Shown here: piece by piece, positions 1-10,693 of the stretch | Layout of the letters: each line of letters begins with the position of its first letter | Position numbering within the stretch: the first letter of the stretch is position 1 | From: Terriglobia bacterium | GTDB lineage: Bacteria > Acidobacteriota > Terriglobia > 20CM-2-55-15 | DNA length: 64,000 bases | Direction of reading: 5' to 3' | Assembly (NCBI GenBank): GCA_965218585.1 | Contig: CBDCLE010000026.1 | Location: forward strand, 224,001 to 288,000 | Notes under the pieces: model-generated | The model's database searches: none | Told to the model about the DNA's origin: nothing | The model's input: only the letters and a program-made list of their open reading frames with translations | Translations under genes and position numbers: made by a program

Positions 1-424
1 TGTCGGTAACGTCGCTCCACGTATAGAACTTGCCAAAACCCGGAGTGCCAGCCTCGCCGAATTGAGGATGGAAGGCGAAGCTCTGCATTCCCCGCTCTCT
101 TCCGCTTGAGTTGACGCCGATGCCCCAATTGTCGGCATTCGTGTCGACGTATCGGGTGACTGTCTCTCCGTCGTAGCTGACGCTGAAGATCGGACCCTGC
201 ATGTCGTTGACGAACAGGCGGCCGGTTCCGGGCTCGTTTACCAGGATCATGGGGCGGGCGGTTGCTCCATCCACGTCCGGAATGGAGGCGAACTCCACAT
301 AATCGACAGTGATGACACCTTCGACGGCTTCGACCGGTTCGGAAAAAGGATCGTTTGTCGTCTGGGCGAGAGCTGGTAACGCCACTAGCGCTACGACCAT
401 CAAACAATTTACATATCTGGCCAT
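1..424 (-). CDS. PQQ-dependent sugar (glucose/sorbosone) dehydrogenase family, N-terminal part; runs off the window edge
   Basis: Manual translation from ATG at 424: MARYVNCLMVVALVALPALAQ (signal peptide) ... GRLFVNDMQG ... ERGMQSFAFHPQF...GKFYT, typical GSDH beta-propeller motifs; absent from the ORF track. Confidence 0.7.
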   Translation of the reverse strand, partial: MARYVNCLMVVALVALPALAQTTNDPFSEPVEAVEGVITVDYVEFASIPDVDGATARPMILVNEPGTGRLFVNDMQGPIFSVSYDGETVTRYVDTNADNWGIGVNSSGRERGMQSFAFHPQFGEAGTPGFGKFYTWSDVTD

Positions 425-491
425 CTTGATTCCTATATGGGTGGATCCGAGGACCCACCGGTTCTGTTTGCCTAAGAAAGTTCGGACATGC

Positions 492-884
492 CTACCGACG
501 GTTCACCTTGAAATCGCCTCGAGCACCGGGGCGACCCCAACTGCCCACGATTTCCTGACGAAAGAGGGAACCGTAGTTCTCAAGCGTTCCCTCGAAGGTG
601 TAAGTCACTGGATTTCCCGCTTCGTCCTCGATGTCTACCTCGAAGCGAACTCTCCAGTCCGAGGGTTCGAAGGTCACAGCTTGAATAGAAGTGCTCTGTG
701 GACCGGGATTAAGGATACCCGTGACCGCATTGCCGTCCCAAAACATGACAATCGTCACATAGGTCCGATCGTCCGCGCCCGGTCCCCAGTCGCCACTCCA
801 CGTACCGGCCAAAGGGTGCCCTTCCTGAGCGCCCGAGAGGGGGACACACACCAGGCAAACGATGAGACAAAACCAACGCACCAT
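492..884 (-). CDS. Secreted hypothetical protein
   Basis: Signal peptide followed by AQEGHPLAGTWSGDWG; beta-rich 130 aa. Confidence 0.65.
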   Translation of the reverse strand: MVRWFCLIVCLVCVPLSGAQEGHPLAGTWSGDWGPGADDRTYVTIVMFWDGNAVTGILNPGPQSTSIQAVTFEPSDWRVRFEVDIEDEAGNPVTYTFEGTLENYGSLFRQEIVGSWGRPGARGDFKVNRR

Positions 885-1043
885 TCTCGAAATCTCCCAG
901 TCTCTGGATTGTGAGAAATGCTAACATTTACCCGCGGAAATCGGAATTCCAGGCCAAATCTCTCCCGAGGAGTCGCTCGAGCTCGTCTGAGATGGTCTTG
1001 ACAAGGTGAATCAACAACAAGGGTATAAGAGACGGCTAGTCGG

Positions 1044-1454
1044 TTGGAGGGCACATTGATAAGAGCCAGGTTTGTCGCACTGATATTCACCATAGGATTC
1101 ATAGCAACGGCATGGCCCCTGGCCGCCCACCACTCCTTTTCCGCGGAATTCGACAGGGACAGACCCGTGACAACGACTGGGGCCGTAGTCAAGATTGAGT
1201 GGATGAACCCCCATATCTGGTTCTACGTGGATGTGCGGGATGAAGAGACCGGGACCGTCACGAATTGGGCCTGGGAAATGGGCAGCCCGAACGGGCTGAT
1301 GCGACGCGGCTGGTCACGGAACTCGCTAAAGATTGGCGACGTCGTCAATGTAGAAGGAAGTCAGGCCAGAGATGGGAGCAACAAGGCGAACGCAACCACG
1401 GTCGTTCTTGCCGATGGCACACGACTCTTCGCAGGCTCCAACCCGAATAACTGA
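1044..1454 (+). CDS. DUF6152 family secreted protein
   Basis: AHHSFSAEFD...EWMNPH...W.WEMGSPNGL.RRGW signature; start codon uncertain. Confidence 0.8.
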   Translation: MEGTLIRARFVALIFTIGFIATAWPLAAHHSFSAEFDRDRPVTTTGAVVKIEWMNPHIWFYVDVRDEETGTVTNWAWEMGSPNGLMRRGWSRNSLKIGDVVNVEGSQARDGSNKANATTVVLADGTRLFAGSNPNN

Positions 1455-1466
1455 GGAGATCCTGAC

Positions 1467-2273
1467 GTGCGAGAACACTTCTGCTCCAAGCCCATCAGAT
1501 TGTGTGGAGTAGCTCTTCTTTGGCTGGCCTTGGCCACAACTTCGTTTGGTCAGGCGCCGGATGCCGACGCAACCGAAGCATCCGTGCCTGCGCCGCGACT
1601 GTCCTCAGGCCTCCCAGACCTCGGTGGAAAAGGCACGTGGGGCTTGCCTTATATCACCAACATGTCCCAGCCGGTCCGGGGAGAGGAGCCGATTGAGATA
1701 CCGTTCCAGCCTTGGTCCCAGGCAGTTTTCGAGGCGCGGCAGTCTAACGAATCCCGCTATGACCCTGAAGGTTACTGTCTGCCGCCGGGCATACCCCGAG
1801 CCCTCGGCACCCCATATCCCATGCAGTTCCTTCAGGAAGAGGACCGGATCATCCAGATCTTTGAAGGTGGAGCGCACATCTGGCGTGAGATCTTCATGGA
1901 CGGTCGACGGCATCCGGAAGGAGACGCCTTGAATCCGACCTACAACGGCCACGCTGTCGGGCGTTGGGAAGGGGACACACTCGTTGTCGATGTCGTCGGC
2001 TTCAACGAAAAAACCTGGCTCGACATCTCCGGCCACCCCCATACAGATGCGATGCGCGTCACCGAACGATACACACGCACCGACCTGGACACACTCCGAT
2101 ACGAAGCAACCATAGATGACCCGAAGACCTATACCCGGCCGTGGACAACCGGATGGACTATCGGGTGGAACGAGGGCCAGGAACTGCAGGAATACATCTG
2201 TCAGGAGAACAACCAGTACCTGGAGGGGTTGATCCGCGAAGAAATCATGCTGGAGCTGGGAGAACCGGAGTGA
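1467..2273 (+). CDS. Secreted hypothetical protein, typical DUF6152 neighbour
   Basis: Signal peptide; CLPPGIPR, GHAVGRWEGDTLVVD, EYICQENN motifs. Confidence 0.8.
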   Translation: MREHFCSKPIRLCGVALLWLALATTSFGQAPDADATEASVPAPRLSSGLPDLGGKGTWGLPYITNMSQPVRGEEPIEIPFQPWSQAVFEARQSNESRYDPEGYCLPPGIPRALGTPYPMQFLQEEDRIIQIFEGGAHIWREIFMDGRRHPEGDALNPTYNGHAVGRWEGDTLVVDVVGFNEKTWLDISGHPHTDAMRVTERYTRTDLDTLRYEATIDDPKTYTRPWTTGWTIGWNEGQELQEYICQENNQYLEGLIREEIMLELGEPE

Positions 2274-2297
2274 GGCGGGGAGCTAGACCTACGCCCA

Positions 2298-3533
2298 GTG
2301 AATAACCAGCGATCACAACCCGGTTTCGGCGAATTCGTCGCCCTGATGGCGATGATGATGTCTCTGGTCGCTCTGTCAATCGATGCGATCCTCCCTGCCC
2401 TGCCTGATATCGGTAGCGATCTCGGGGTTGAGAGAGCCAACGACACACAACTGGTCATCTCGCTGCTTTTTCTGGGGTTCGCGGCGGGCCAGCTCGTCTA
2501 TGGACCGCTCTCAGACGCCGCTGGACGCAAACCCACCGTCTATCTTGGCTTCGTGTTGATCGGAGTGGGTTCGATTCTTTCCCTGACCGGAACAAGCTTT
2601 CCGGTGATGCTGGCGGGAAGATTCCTGCAGGGAGTCGGTGTCGCGGGCCCCCGGACAATCACGTTGGCTCTGGTACGGGACCGCTACGAGGGAAGGACTA
2701 TGGCCCAGGTGATGTCTTTCGTGATGGCCATTTTCATCCTCGCCCCTGTCGTCGCGCCCACTCTGGGACAGGGCATCCTTCTCTTTGCGGGATGGCGGGC
2801 AATCTTCGGTTTCTACCTTGGGCTGGTTGTCGTCGTTTCGATCTGGTTCGGAATCCGGCAACCGGAAACGCTGGCCCCGGATCGCCGCATTCCCTTTACC
2901 GCAGCGCGGATCGCGGGGGCTGCACGGGAAGTTCTGTTCAACAGGATCGCGTTCGGGTACACGATTGCCTCGGGATTCGTCTTCGGATCGTTCGTCGGCT
3001 ACCTCAACTCTTCGCAACAGATCTTCCAGCAACTGTACGGTCTGGGCCGACTGTTCCCGCTCTATTTTGGAATCGGCGCGCTTTCGGTGGGATGCGCATC
3101 GTTTGTCAACGCAGGACTCGTGATGAAGCACGGAATGCGATTGCTGGCTGTGCGTGCTCTGCAATCGGTGTCAGGGCTCTCTGTGACTTTCTTCGCGGTA
3201 ACGTACGCTCTGGGGGGCCAGCCGCCCTTATGGCTGTTCATGGCCTACCTGTTGCTTGTGTTCTTCAGCGTGGGCATTCTCTTCGGGAACCTGAACGCGC
3301 TTGCGATGCAACCGGTCGGTCACGTCGCCGGAACCGGTGCTGCGATCATTGGTTCTCTCGCCACTTTCATTTCGATCGTCCTCGGAACGGGAGTCGGACA
3401 AGCCTACAACGGAACGATCCTGCCTTTAGTCGGAGGATTTGCCGGATTCAGCATCGTTTCGCTCCTCATCGTGCACTGGATCGAACGTGAGACTATGATC
3501 CCAGCAGTCGAAGCAGTTTCGATCAAAGATTGA
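2298..3533 (+). CDS. Bcr/CflA family MFS drug-resistance transporter
   Basis: About 12 hydrophobic segments; SIDAILPALP, GPLSDAAGRKP motifs. Confidence 0.9.
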   Translation: MNNQRSQPGFGEFVALMAMMMSLVALSIDAILPALPDIGSDLGVERANDTQLVISLLFLGFAAGQLVYGPLSDAAGRKPTVYLGFVLIGVGSILSLTGTSFPVMLAGRFLQGVGVAGPRTITLALVRDRYEGRTMAQVMSFVMAIFILAPVVAPTLGQGILLFAGWRAIFGFYLGLVVVVSIWFGIRQPETLAPDRRIPFTAARIAGAAREVLFNRIAFGYTIASGFVFGSFVGYLNSSQQIFQQLYGLGRLFPLYFGIGALSVGCASFVNAGLVMKHGMRLLAVRALQSVSGLSVTFFAVTYALGGQPPLWLFMAYLLLVFFSVGILFGNLNALAMQPVGHVAGTGAAIIGSLATFISIVLGTGVGQAYNGTILPLVGGFAGFSIVSLLIVHWIERETMIPAVEAVSIKD

Positions 3534-3566
3534 TAAACTAGAGTTGCGCCTGTCCGGATTCCATCC

Positions 3567-5033
3567 ATGAAGCACGGCCGATCGCATCGCCGGTTCGTCA
3601 TCGCAACAGCTCTTACCTGTCTGCTCGGGGTGGGAGCAGTGGCTTCCGAATTTCCTCCACCCCAGGAAACTGAGCAGCGGGCGCCTTTTGTCGTCTATTT
3701 CGACGACGGCCCCTTACCCACATCCGGGTTAATCCGTGATGAAGCGACATATGTTCCCCTTACAGGACTCGTCCGACGCATGGCATTGCCCTATACGGAC
3801 GCGACCGGTGTAGGCTCCTTCACGGTTCGCGGTCCGCGTGGGACTCTGATTGCAGTGGATGGAGAAGACACCCTGACCGTCGACGGGCGGACTCTGAAAC
3901 TCGAAGACGCACCTTTCAGAAACGGCATGGAGTGGTTTGTGCCGATAAAGTTTCTGACCACGGGTCTGGAACAGATCACCGGAGTGGACTTCCAGTACGA
4001 GCCCGGTGCGCCCCGAGTTCTGGCTGGCACGCTCCGAGCAACCGACCTGGCTATCACTGCGGTTGGAAACGAGGGCGAAACACGTCTGACGATACGATCC
4101 GCACTCGGCGTTAACCTTCGAGTTCAACAGCTTCGAGAAGAGAATCGCGTAATCCTGTCTATCGACCGTGCACCGATGAGTCCCGCCGAGGAGGTCCTCG
4201 ATTACAGGGACGCCTCCGTCAGGTCGGTACGATTCGACGATGCGGACGGGCGTTCCAAGATTGTGGTTGAGACGACGTCGCAGGTCGCAAGCGTCCGATT
4301 GACTCCAACCGACGCGAACCGCACTTTCTTTGTGGATTTCGTTCCCGAAAGCGTACCTGCCAGACCCATCGCTTCACCCCCGGACCGGGAGGGACTTGTA
4401 TCGTCGGATGAGGTCCGGGTCATAGTGATCGACCCCGGTCATGGCGGACTGGATGGTGGGGCCCAGGCATCGGGAACGCTGGAAAAAGATCTGACGCTCA
4501 CCCTGGCCCGTGGCATCCGCAGGCGACTTCAGAGGGAGATCGATACGACGGTCATCCTCACACGGGACGCCGACCTGGAATTGAGCGGCGAGACTCGTTC
4601 AGCGATTGCCAACAATAACGAGGCCGATCTGCTGATCAGCCTGCATGTGGGGTTTTCTGCCGATCCCACCGAAACGGGCGCTTCGCTGTTCGTCATGAAG
4701 GACATGCCGGACGAAGAGAGGGTCGAACGAGCGCTCTTCAAGCCATGGTTCCGAACGCATCAAGACCATCTGGGACAGAGCCGCCGGCTGGGAGAAATTC
4801 TTCAGAGAAAGCTGATGAGGGCGATCCCCGGTTGGGAGTTTCCGTTGCGGGAGGCTCCGATCAGTGTCCTGACCAGTGCAGCCATGCCCGCGATCCTGAT
4901 CGAAGTGGGTAACGCGAACAATCCCTCCAATCTTGCGACCCTGATCGATCAAGGGTTCCAGGGTCGTCTCATTGAGGCCATCGTCGAATCTGTTAGTGAA
5001 TTCGGTGCGCCCCGGGAAGGAGCGAGTCCATGA
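3567..5033 (+). CDS. N-acetylmuramoyl-L-alanine amidase (Amidase_3)
   Basis: IVIDPGHGG, EKDLTL, ISLH, PAILIEVG zinc-amidase motifs; signal peptide. Confidence 0.9.
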   Translation: MKHGRSHRRFVIATALTCLLGVGAVASEFPPPQETEQRAPFVVYFDDGPLPTSGLIRDEATYVPLTGLVRRMALPYTDATGVGSFTVRGPRGTLIAVDGEDTLTVDGRTLKLEDAPFRNGMEWFVPIKFLTTGLEQITGVDFQYEPGAPRVLAGTLRATDLAITAVGNEGETRLTIRSALGVNLRVQQLREENRVILSIDRAPMSPAEEVLDYRDASVRSVRFDDADGRSKIVVETTSQVASVRLTPTDANRTFFVDFVPESVPARPIASPPDREGLVSSDEVRVIVIDPGHGGLDGGAQASGTLEKDLTLTLARGIRRRLQREIDTTVILTRDADLELSGETRSAIANNNEADLLISLHVGFSADPTETGASLFVMKDMPDEERVERALFKPWFRTHQDHLGQSRRLGEILQRKLMRAIPGWEFPLREAPISVLTSAAMPAILIEVGNANNPSNLATLIDQGFQGRLIEAIVESVSEFGAPREGASP

Positions 5034-5680
5034 CACGCAACGTCTGGATCAGCCTACTTCTGATGATTGCCGTCACGGGAGGATCCGCGCTTTACTTTTT
5101 CAGCATCGCCGACAGTGTGTTACAAGATTCTGGGCCGGAGACCGAGCCGATCTTTGATGAAGCCGCCCGGCCACTCTATGAGCCCACCGATCCCCCCATT
5201 GAGGCAAGGATGTTCTTCCCGGGCACCAGCAATGACGTCCTGCTCAGGACTCAGGACGTCACGATCTTCGCTTCGGCTGAGATAGAAAACCGCGTCCGTC
5301 AGATTGTCGAGAAATTGATCCAGGGAGCGGAAGACGAAGATCTCTTCGGCAGACTTCCTGACGACACACGTCTCAACGAAGTGTTTGTAACCGATAACGG
5401 CATCGTGTACCTGGACTTCAACAGTGCACTCTCGGACAATCACCCCGGGGGGGTGCTTCCCGAGCAGGCCACGATATATTCCATTGTCAACTCGATCACG
5501 TACAACGTAGCTGGAATCGATCGGGTCAAGATCCTTATTGGAGGAAACGAGAAGGAGACGCTGGCCGGACATTGCCTGCTTCTGCTACCGTTGGAAACAG
5601 ATCTTTCGATCAGCGACATGGCGCCCATAGCATCATTGGCCCAACCTCTTCCGACAGGCGAGATCATAGATGAGAACTGA
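5030..5680 (+). CDS. GerMN domain protein
   Basis: N-terminal TM helix; YSIVNSIT...VKILIGG..ETLAGH; coupled to amidase by a 4-bp overlap. Confidence 0.85.
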   Translation: MTRNVWISLLLMIAVTGGSALYFFSIADSVLQDSGPETEPIFDEAARPLYEPTDPPIEARMFFPGTSNDVLLRTQDVTIFASAEIENRVRQIVEKLIQGAEDEDLFGRLPDDTRLNEVFVTDNGIVYLDFNSALSDNHPGGVLPEQATIYSIVNSITYNVAGIDRVKILIGGNEKETLAGHCLLLLPLETDLSISDMAPIASLAQPLPTGEIIDEN

Positions 5681-6398
5681 CGGGCGAAATCCCGGCGATC
5701 TTCGTCGGGTTCAGATCACGCCGGATTTTATTCCGCATGCAGAAGGCTCCGTGCTGATCGAAGTCGGCCGGACCCGCGTCATCTGCACGGCCAGCGTCGA
5801 GGAATCCGTACCGCTCTTTATGCGCGGATCCGACAAGGGATGGATCACGTCGGAATACTCGATGCTGCCACGCGCTACGGAGAGCCGCACTCCGCGGGAA
5901 GCTTCGCTGGGCCGCAAGTCGGGTCGCACGCAGGAAATTCAGCGCCTCATCGGGCGGTCGCTTCGAACGGCCGTCGATTTGGACCTGCTGGGCGAACGCA
6001 CGATCTGGGTGGATTGCGACGTCATCGAGGCCGATGGTGGAACGCGAACAGCTTCGATCACCGGGGCTTTTGTGGCTATGGTCCAGGCAATGGACAAGCT
6101 GGTCGCGAAGGGTGCACTCGAAACCGTGCCACTGCGCTCCAACCTGGCCGCGATCAGCGTGGGCATCCTCGACGGAGTGCCGATGCTGGATCTGAACTAC
6201 GAAGAGGATTCCAGCGCCGATGTGGACTTCAACGTCGTGATGACCGACCAGAGCGAGTTTGTAGAAGTCCAGGGGACTGCAGAACGGAAGCCCTTCCCGA
6301 GGGCACTCCTGGACGAACTCCTCGAGCTGGCGGAATCCGGAATCGCGAAGCTGATCCAGACCCAGCAGCAAGCGCTCGGTGAAATGCGAAACCAGTGA
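5670..6398 (+). CDS. rph: Ribonuclease PH
   Basis: [44 protein letters not shown]. Confidence 0.97.
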   Translation: MRTDGRNPGDLRRVQITPDFIPHAEGSVLIEVGRTRVICTASVEESVPLFMRGSDKGWITSEYSMLPRATESRTPREASLGRKSGRTQEIQRLIGRSLRTAVDLDLLGERTIWVDCDVIEADGGTRTASITGAFVAMVQAMDKLVAKGALETVPLRSNLAAISVGILDGVPMLDLNYEEDSSADVDFNVVMTDQSEFVEVQGTAERKPFPRALLDELLELAESGIAKLIQTQQQALGEMRNQ

Positions 6399-6975
6399 GG
6401 TCTCTCGTTGTTGCCAGTCGGAACCGCGGCAAGGCAGAAGAGATCGCCCTGGTCCTCGAGTCTCTTGAGAACTGGAAAGTAGAGTCGCTCCCGGAAGGGA
6501 TTCCCGACGTCGAAGAAACCGGATCCACGTTCCTGGAGAACGCGGTCCTCAAAGCGGAGTATTACAGCCAGATGGTCGATCGCTGGTGTGTCGCCGACGA
6601 CTCCGGATTGATTGTCGCCGCACTGGACGGACGACCCGGCATTTATTCAGCTCGATATGCCCCTGACGACGATCGGCGGAATCAAAGGCTGCTCGGAGAA
6701 TTGAAAGAAGTGCCCGCGGGCACGCGCAACGCCCGTTTTGTCTGCGCTCTGGCACTGGCCCGAAACGGTCGTCCGACATGGACAGTTGAGGGTCGGGTCG
6801 AAGGACAGATTGCGGTGGACCGACTGGAACCTACGGCTTCGGTTACGATCCACTGTTTTGGGTCCCGGAGTTCGGCAAGACCATGGGCGAACTGCAACCC
6901 GAGGTAAAGAATCGAATCAGCCACCGTGGACTGGCGCTGGCCAAGCTCAAGCGACATCTTGAGGCGCAGGGGTGA
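6395..6975 (+). pseudogene. rdgB: RdgB/HAM1 non-canonical purine NTP pyrophosphatase with a 1-bp frameshift near 6820 (possibly an assembly error)
   Basis: ETGSTFLENA.LKA and DDSGL..ALDGRPGIYSARY in one frame; GFGYDPLF and KNRISHRG continue in a shifted frame to TGA at 6973-6975. Confidence 0.85.
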
Positions 6976-7073
6976 TTTTTTACATTCTCCGGTACCATCA
7001 ATTGCTAACGTAGTAGGAGCCGAGTGGATCTAACCAGGGTGTTCGAGGAGATTTCCCAAGGAGGTCGAGAATT

Positions 7074-7709
7074 GTGACTTCGATATTGATGATAGTGATG
7101 CTTCTGGGGCCGATGGGACAGGGGCCGAGGGACCTCACGGTTCCCGACGAGTCGCAGATCAAACCGCCGCTGGTCGTGGCCGAGGGTACAACGATCCCCG
7201 TGAGCCTGATCAACGAACTTCCCACCAAGAACGCCGAAGCCGGCAATGGTGTCTATGCTCAGACGATCTTCCCTGTGACGGTCAACAACGAAATCGTGAT
7301 CCCCGTCGGGACCTACGTGCGGGGCCGAATCGTCAACGCTGAACGACCGGGACGCGTGTCCGGAAGGGCCGAACTGACGATTAACTTCCATACGATTGTC
7401 CTGCCGAGCGGTCTGACACTGCCGATTTTTGGAAGCCTGGGTGGCGTCGGCGGAGTGGCCGAACGAAGAGGAGAGGCCACGGTCAGTGGTGATTCGTCCA
7501 AGGGAGATGACGTGGGCACGGTCGCCACGAATGCGGGGACGGGAGCGGTCATCGGAGCGATCGGCGGTGGCGGCAAGGGCGTCGCGATTGGCGCCGGGGC
7601 CGGCGCAGCAGCCGGAATCGCACAGGTTCTCCTGACACGTGGTGACGATCTGACGTTGCCCAGAGGCACGACGATCGAAGTCGTGCTCGACCGGCCACTG
7701 GAACCGTGA
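7074..7709 (+). CDS. Secreted TrbI/VirB10-like protein with glycine zipper
   Basis: GTTIPVSL, IVIPVGTYVRGRIV, GAVIGAIGGGGKGVAIGAGAGAAAG, LTLPRGT. Confidence 0.7.
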   Translation: MTSILMIVMLLGPMGQGPRDLTVPDESQIKPPLVVAEGTTIPVSLINELPTKNAEAGNGVYAQTIFPVTVNNEIVIPVGTYVRGRIVNAERPGRVSGRAELTINFHTIVLPSGLTLPIFGSLGGVGGVAERRGEATVSGDSSKGDDVGTVATNAGTGAVIGAIGGGGKGVAIGAGAGAAAGIAQVLLTRGDDLTLPRGTTIEVVLDRPLEP

Positions 7710-7827
7710 AAATTTGGGACTGACACCTAATCCCTCGCTCTTCGAGGAATTAGGCTGTCTGTCCTAAGAATTTTCATTCCCCTTTTGCAACCTCCCCTTC
7801 TTTCCATTACCTTTAACTGAGTCACTT

Positions 7828-7871
7828 CGGGGCGTAGCGTAGTCCGGTCAGCGCGCCTGCTTTGGGAGCAG
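7828..7871 (+). tRNA. tRNA-Pro(TGG) 5' fragment only (acceptor 5' strand, D arm, anticodon arm); probable att site
   Basis: CGGGGCGTAGCGTAGTCCGGTCAGCGCGCCTGCTTTGGGAGCAG, anticodon TGG at 7863-7865; no T arm or complementary acceptor strand follows. Confidence 0.85.
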
Positions 7872-7997
7872 TAATTCGATCGTCTCGCTGGATCCCGTAC
7901 CATCCATCGTAGTTCCCAATAACTATTGAAACAGCTATACTTAAGAGGTATATTACGTCCATGGATGTCCACTGCCATCTCGTACAGTGCCGTCCTG

Positions 7998-8018
7998 TGG
8001 ACCCCAAATTGGACCCCA
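7998..8018 (+). repeat. Tandem 9-bp direct repeat, putative integrase arm-type binding site
   Basis: TGGACCCCA-aat-TGGACCCCA just upstream of the integrase start. Confidence 0.5.
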
Positions 8019-8041
8019 TCGGTTCCGCAAGGGGGCTGACA

Positions 8042-9250
8042 GTGCCGAGACTCAAGCTAAGCGCGCGCGGGGTCATGGCATTGGGAACGAATCGAGCGCG
8101 CCAAGAATTCTGGGACACGGTCACGCCCGGACTGGTCCTGCGTGTCAGTGGAGAGAGTGGCGCAAAGACGTGGAGCGTGAGATACCGAATGAACGGTACG
8201 CGCCGCCGTCAGAAGCTGGGAAGCTACCCGAGGCTGAGTCTGGCGGAAGCGCGAGCGGCAGCTCGCGAGGTGCTGAGGTAAGCCGACGCGGGGGAGGATC
8301 CTGCAAGGGAGCGTGCCGACCGTAAAGCGGGCCGTTACAGGTTCAAGGAGCTTGCCGAAGAAGTCCTGGAGGCACGGGCGATGCGGACCCGAGAAGCGAC
8401 CCAGCGGGAGAGAGCGCGGCTCCTCGGAAAGGAACTCGTGCCCATTTGGGGCCATCGGCCAGCTCCGGACATCACTCGACGCGAGGTCGTCCACCTCGTC
8501 GAAAACATTGCCAAGAGAGGAGCCCCGATCGTCGCGAATCGGACGCTGAGTCTCATCCGACTGATCTTCAACGATGGGCTGCGGCGGGGATTTCCGACTC
8601 TGGAGGCCAATCCCGCGCACCTCGTCGAGCCGCCGGCCGAGGAATCGGGAAGGGACCGGTACCTGACTCGAGAAGAGATCAAGGTCATCTGGCAAGCGAC
8701 CGGGAACGAAACTCTGGCAACACGTGGTGTCTTCCGCCTCGCGCTACTGACGGGTCAGCGGATCGGTTCGGTGTGCGCGATGCGATGGGATGGAATCACA
8801 GGCGACCTATGGACGATTCCGCCGGAACACTTCAAAGGAAAGCGGATCCACGTTATTCCGCTCTCGACCGAGGCGTTTGAAGTCATCGAGGAGCTGAGCG
8901 AGACCGCCCACTCGGACAGATGGGTTTTCCCGTCGCGGGCAAAGGCGAAAAGACCCTATTTAACGAACATGGCTGGGTCGCTCTCCAGGGTCCGCAAGAA
9001 GACGTTGATCCCTAGCTGGAGCGTCCATGACTTCCGCACCACCTTCCGGACCCACGCCGTCCGGGCCACAGAGGACGGCGGTCTCGCGATCCCCCGCCAT
9101 GTAGCAGATGCAGTACTCGGTCACAAGGAAGCAACGCTTGGATTCGAGAGGTATACAGGGGACCGGGACCGCTACCTCCTACATGAGAAGCGAGACGCCC
9201 TGAAAAAGTGGGGTGCGTTCATCATGGAAGCGGTGAAGGCGGCGAGGTGA
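8042..9250 (+). pseudogene. Tyrosine integrase (Arm-DNA-binding domain + catalytic domain) with in-frame TAA at 8279-8281
   Basis: ORFs 7961-8281 and 8381-9250 share a frame; KLGSYPRLSLAEAR arm domain; TGQR, HDFR, LGH, Y catalytic residues. Confidence 0.9.
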
Positions 9251-9339
9251 AGCGAGACTACTCACCACTAGAAAGAGGGCGGGGCTTCTCAAGGCACTGT
9301 CAAGTTAACCGGAATTCGGGTAGTGGGCAAGTTTCAATT

Positions 9340-10213
9340 TCAACTCGCTCGCTTTCTGTACGGTCCCCGTTTTCCCGGTTTCGGCTCGGCGGCTTCCAAC
9401 AAAGAGACTACTTCCTCGATCTCCCAAACGTGGTCCGTCAATCCGGCTTCCATCGCCGGAGTAACTCGGAGCGTTTTGTGAACCTTACAGAAATTGTAAT
9501 TCATATAGTGAAGGGGCTATTGCCGCTGCGTGGTTCTGGATGTTCTTGGAGAATCCATTAGTGAGGCGAGTGAATCGGCGCATGTGCATGCGCATTGTGA
9601 GATTCTGGCGTTCTATATAACTGGTCGAGACGTGCCCCGGGTCAGGATCGCCGGACACCGGATGCATGTGGATACCGATGCATTGTGCGGGGCTGTACTT
9701 GTGTTCGTCCTGTGGTTTGCCGTACAGCTTCACAAGCTGAGCGTAATCAACCTCAGAGCCAAACGCAGCTTCTACGCCGATCAGATAGGCTTTGTGGCCG
9801 TCAGACGTAAGCTGGACGCGATTAGTGAGCCGCCCCGCCAGATCCGCAAGAAACTCGCTGGCGCAGATAGCATCTCGCCGACCGACCAGCCACGATGGGA
9901 CAAGCTTGCTATCGGCGTCAACCGCAACCCAAGTCCACACATCACCGAAGCCGAACTGTCCCCGGGCTTCCTCTGGTACGTTCTTTTCCTTCGCGTAACA
10001 GAAGGACCAGATTTCATCGACCTGTATGCGTTCGCTCGTAAGGTTGCGAAACGTCCGATCCTGATAGGATCGGCACACTTCTCCAACGTCTTCCAGAAGC
10101 CTCAAGACGGTCGGCTTAGACGCGCTAGTCATGCGAACGGTCGAACGGATCGAGCAACCTTCGATCAATGCCTTGATTACTTGAGTGCGCTTTTCCTTGC
10201 TCAGCTTGTTCAT
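9340..10213 (-). pseudogene. IS1-family DDE transposase with a 1-bp frameshift near 9514
   Basis: IQVDEIWSF, QLTSDGH, TSYIERQNLTMRM.MRRFTRLTNGFSK; C-terminus HYMNYNFCKVHKTLRVTPAMEAGLTDHVW lies in a shifted frame. Confidence 0.85.
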
Positions 10214-10693
10214 GGGTACCATTATGCTTGAGCCGCTCAAGTAAAGCAAGTGCTATCTTGTGTGGCTCCATGCTAGGATAAGCATTGCTATGCCTACAAA
10301 AGGAGAGCAGCTGTTGGCCGCAGCGAATCGGGTTGCTGAAGAACACGATGCCGATGTTTTGTTTTTGAGTGGCGACCTCGATTTGCCAAATGATCGCAAG
10401 TTTATTGAAATGTGTGACAAGCGGTCCAGCAAACGCCCTAATGCTTTCATTATTCCAGTCACTCACGGCGGGAGTGCAAATGTCGCATATCGTCTAGCAC
10501 GGTGCTTGCAGCGCCAATATGACCAGATAACTGCGTGTGTGCCTGGCCCCTGCGGAAGTGGTGGGACGCTGCTAGTTATTGGGGCGCACAATCTGATTAT
10601 TACAGACCATGGGACACTAGGGCCATTGGACGTGCAGATCCGAAAAGCCGATGAATTGGGCGAAATGACTTCGGGTCTCACTGCCATGGAAGC

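Noticed and set aside
7711-7772. Imperfect inverted repeat after the VirB10-like gene
   Set aside because: Single copy with several mismatches; could be a terminator or REP but cannot be assigned
7872-8040. Group I intron or a complete tRNA ending at ATCCCGTACCA
   Set aside because: The break is after the anticodon stem rather than in the loop, no second exon is found, there is no T-arm hairpin and the acceptor pairing is incomplete
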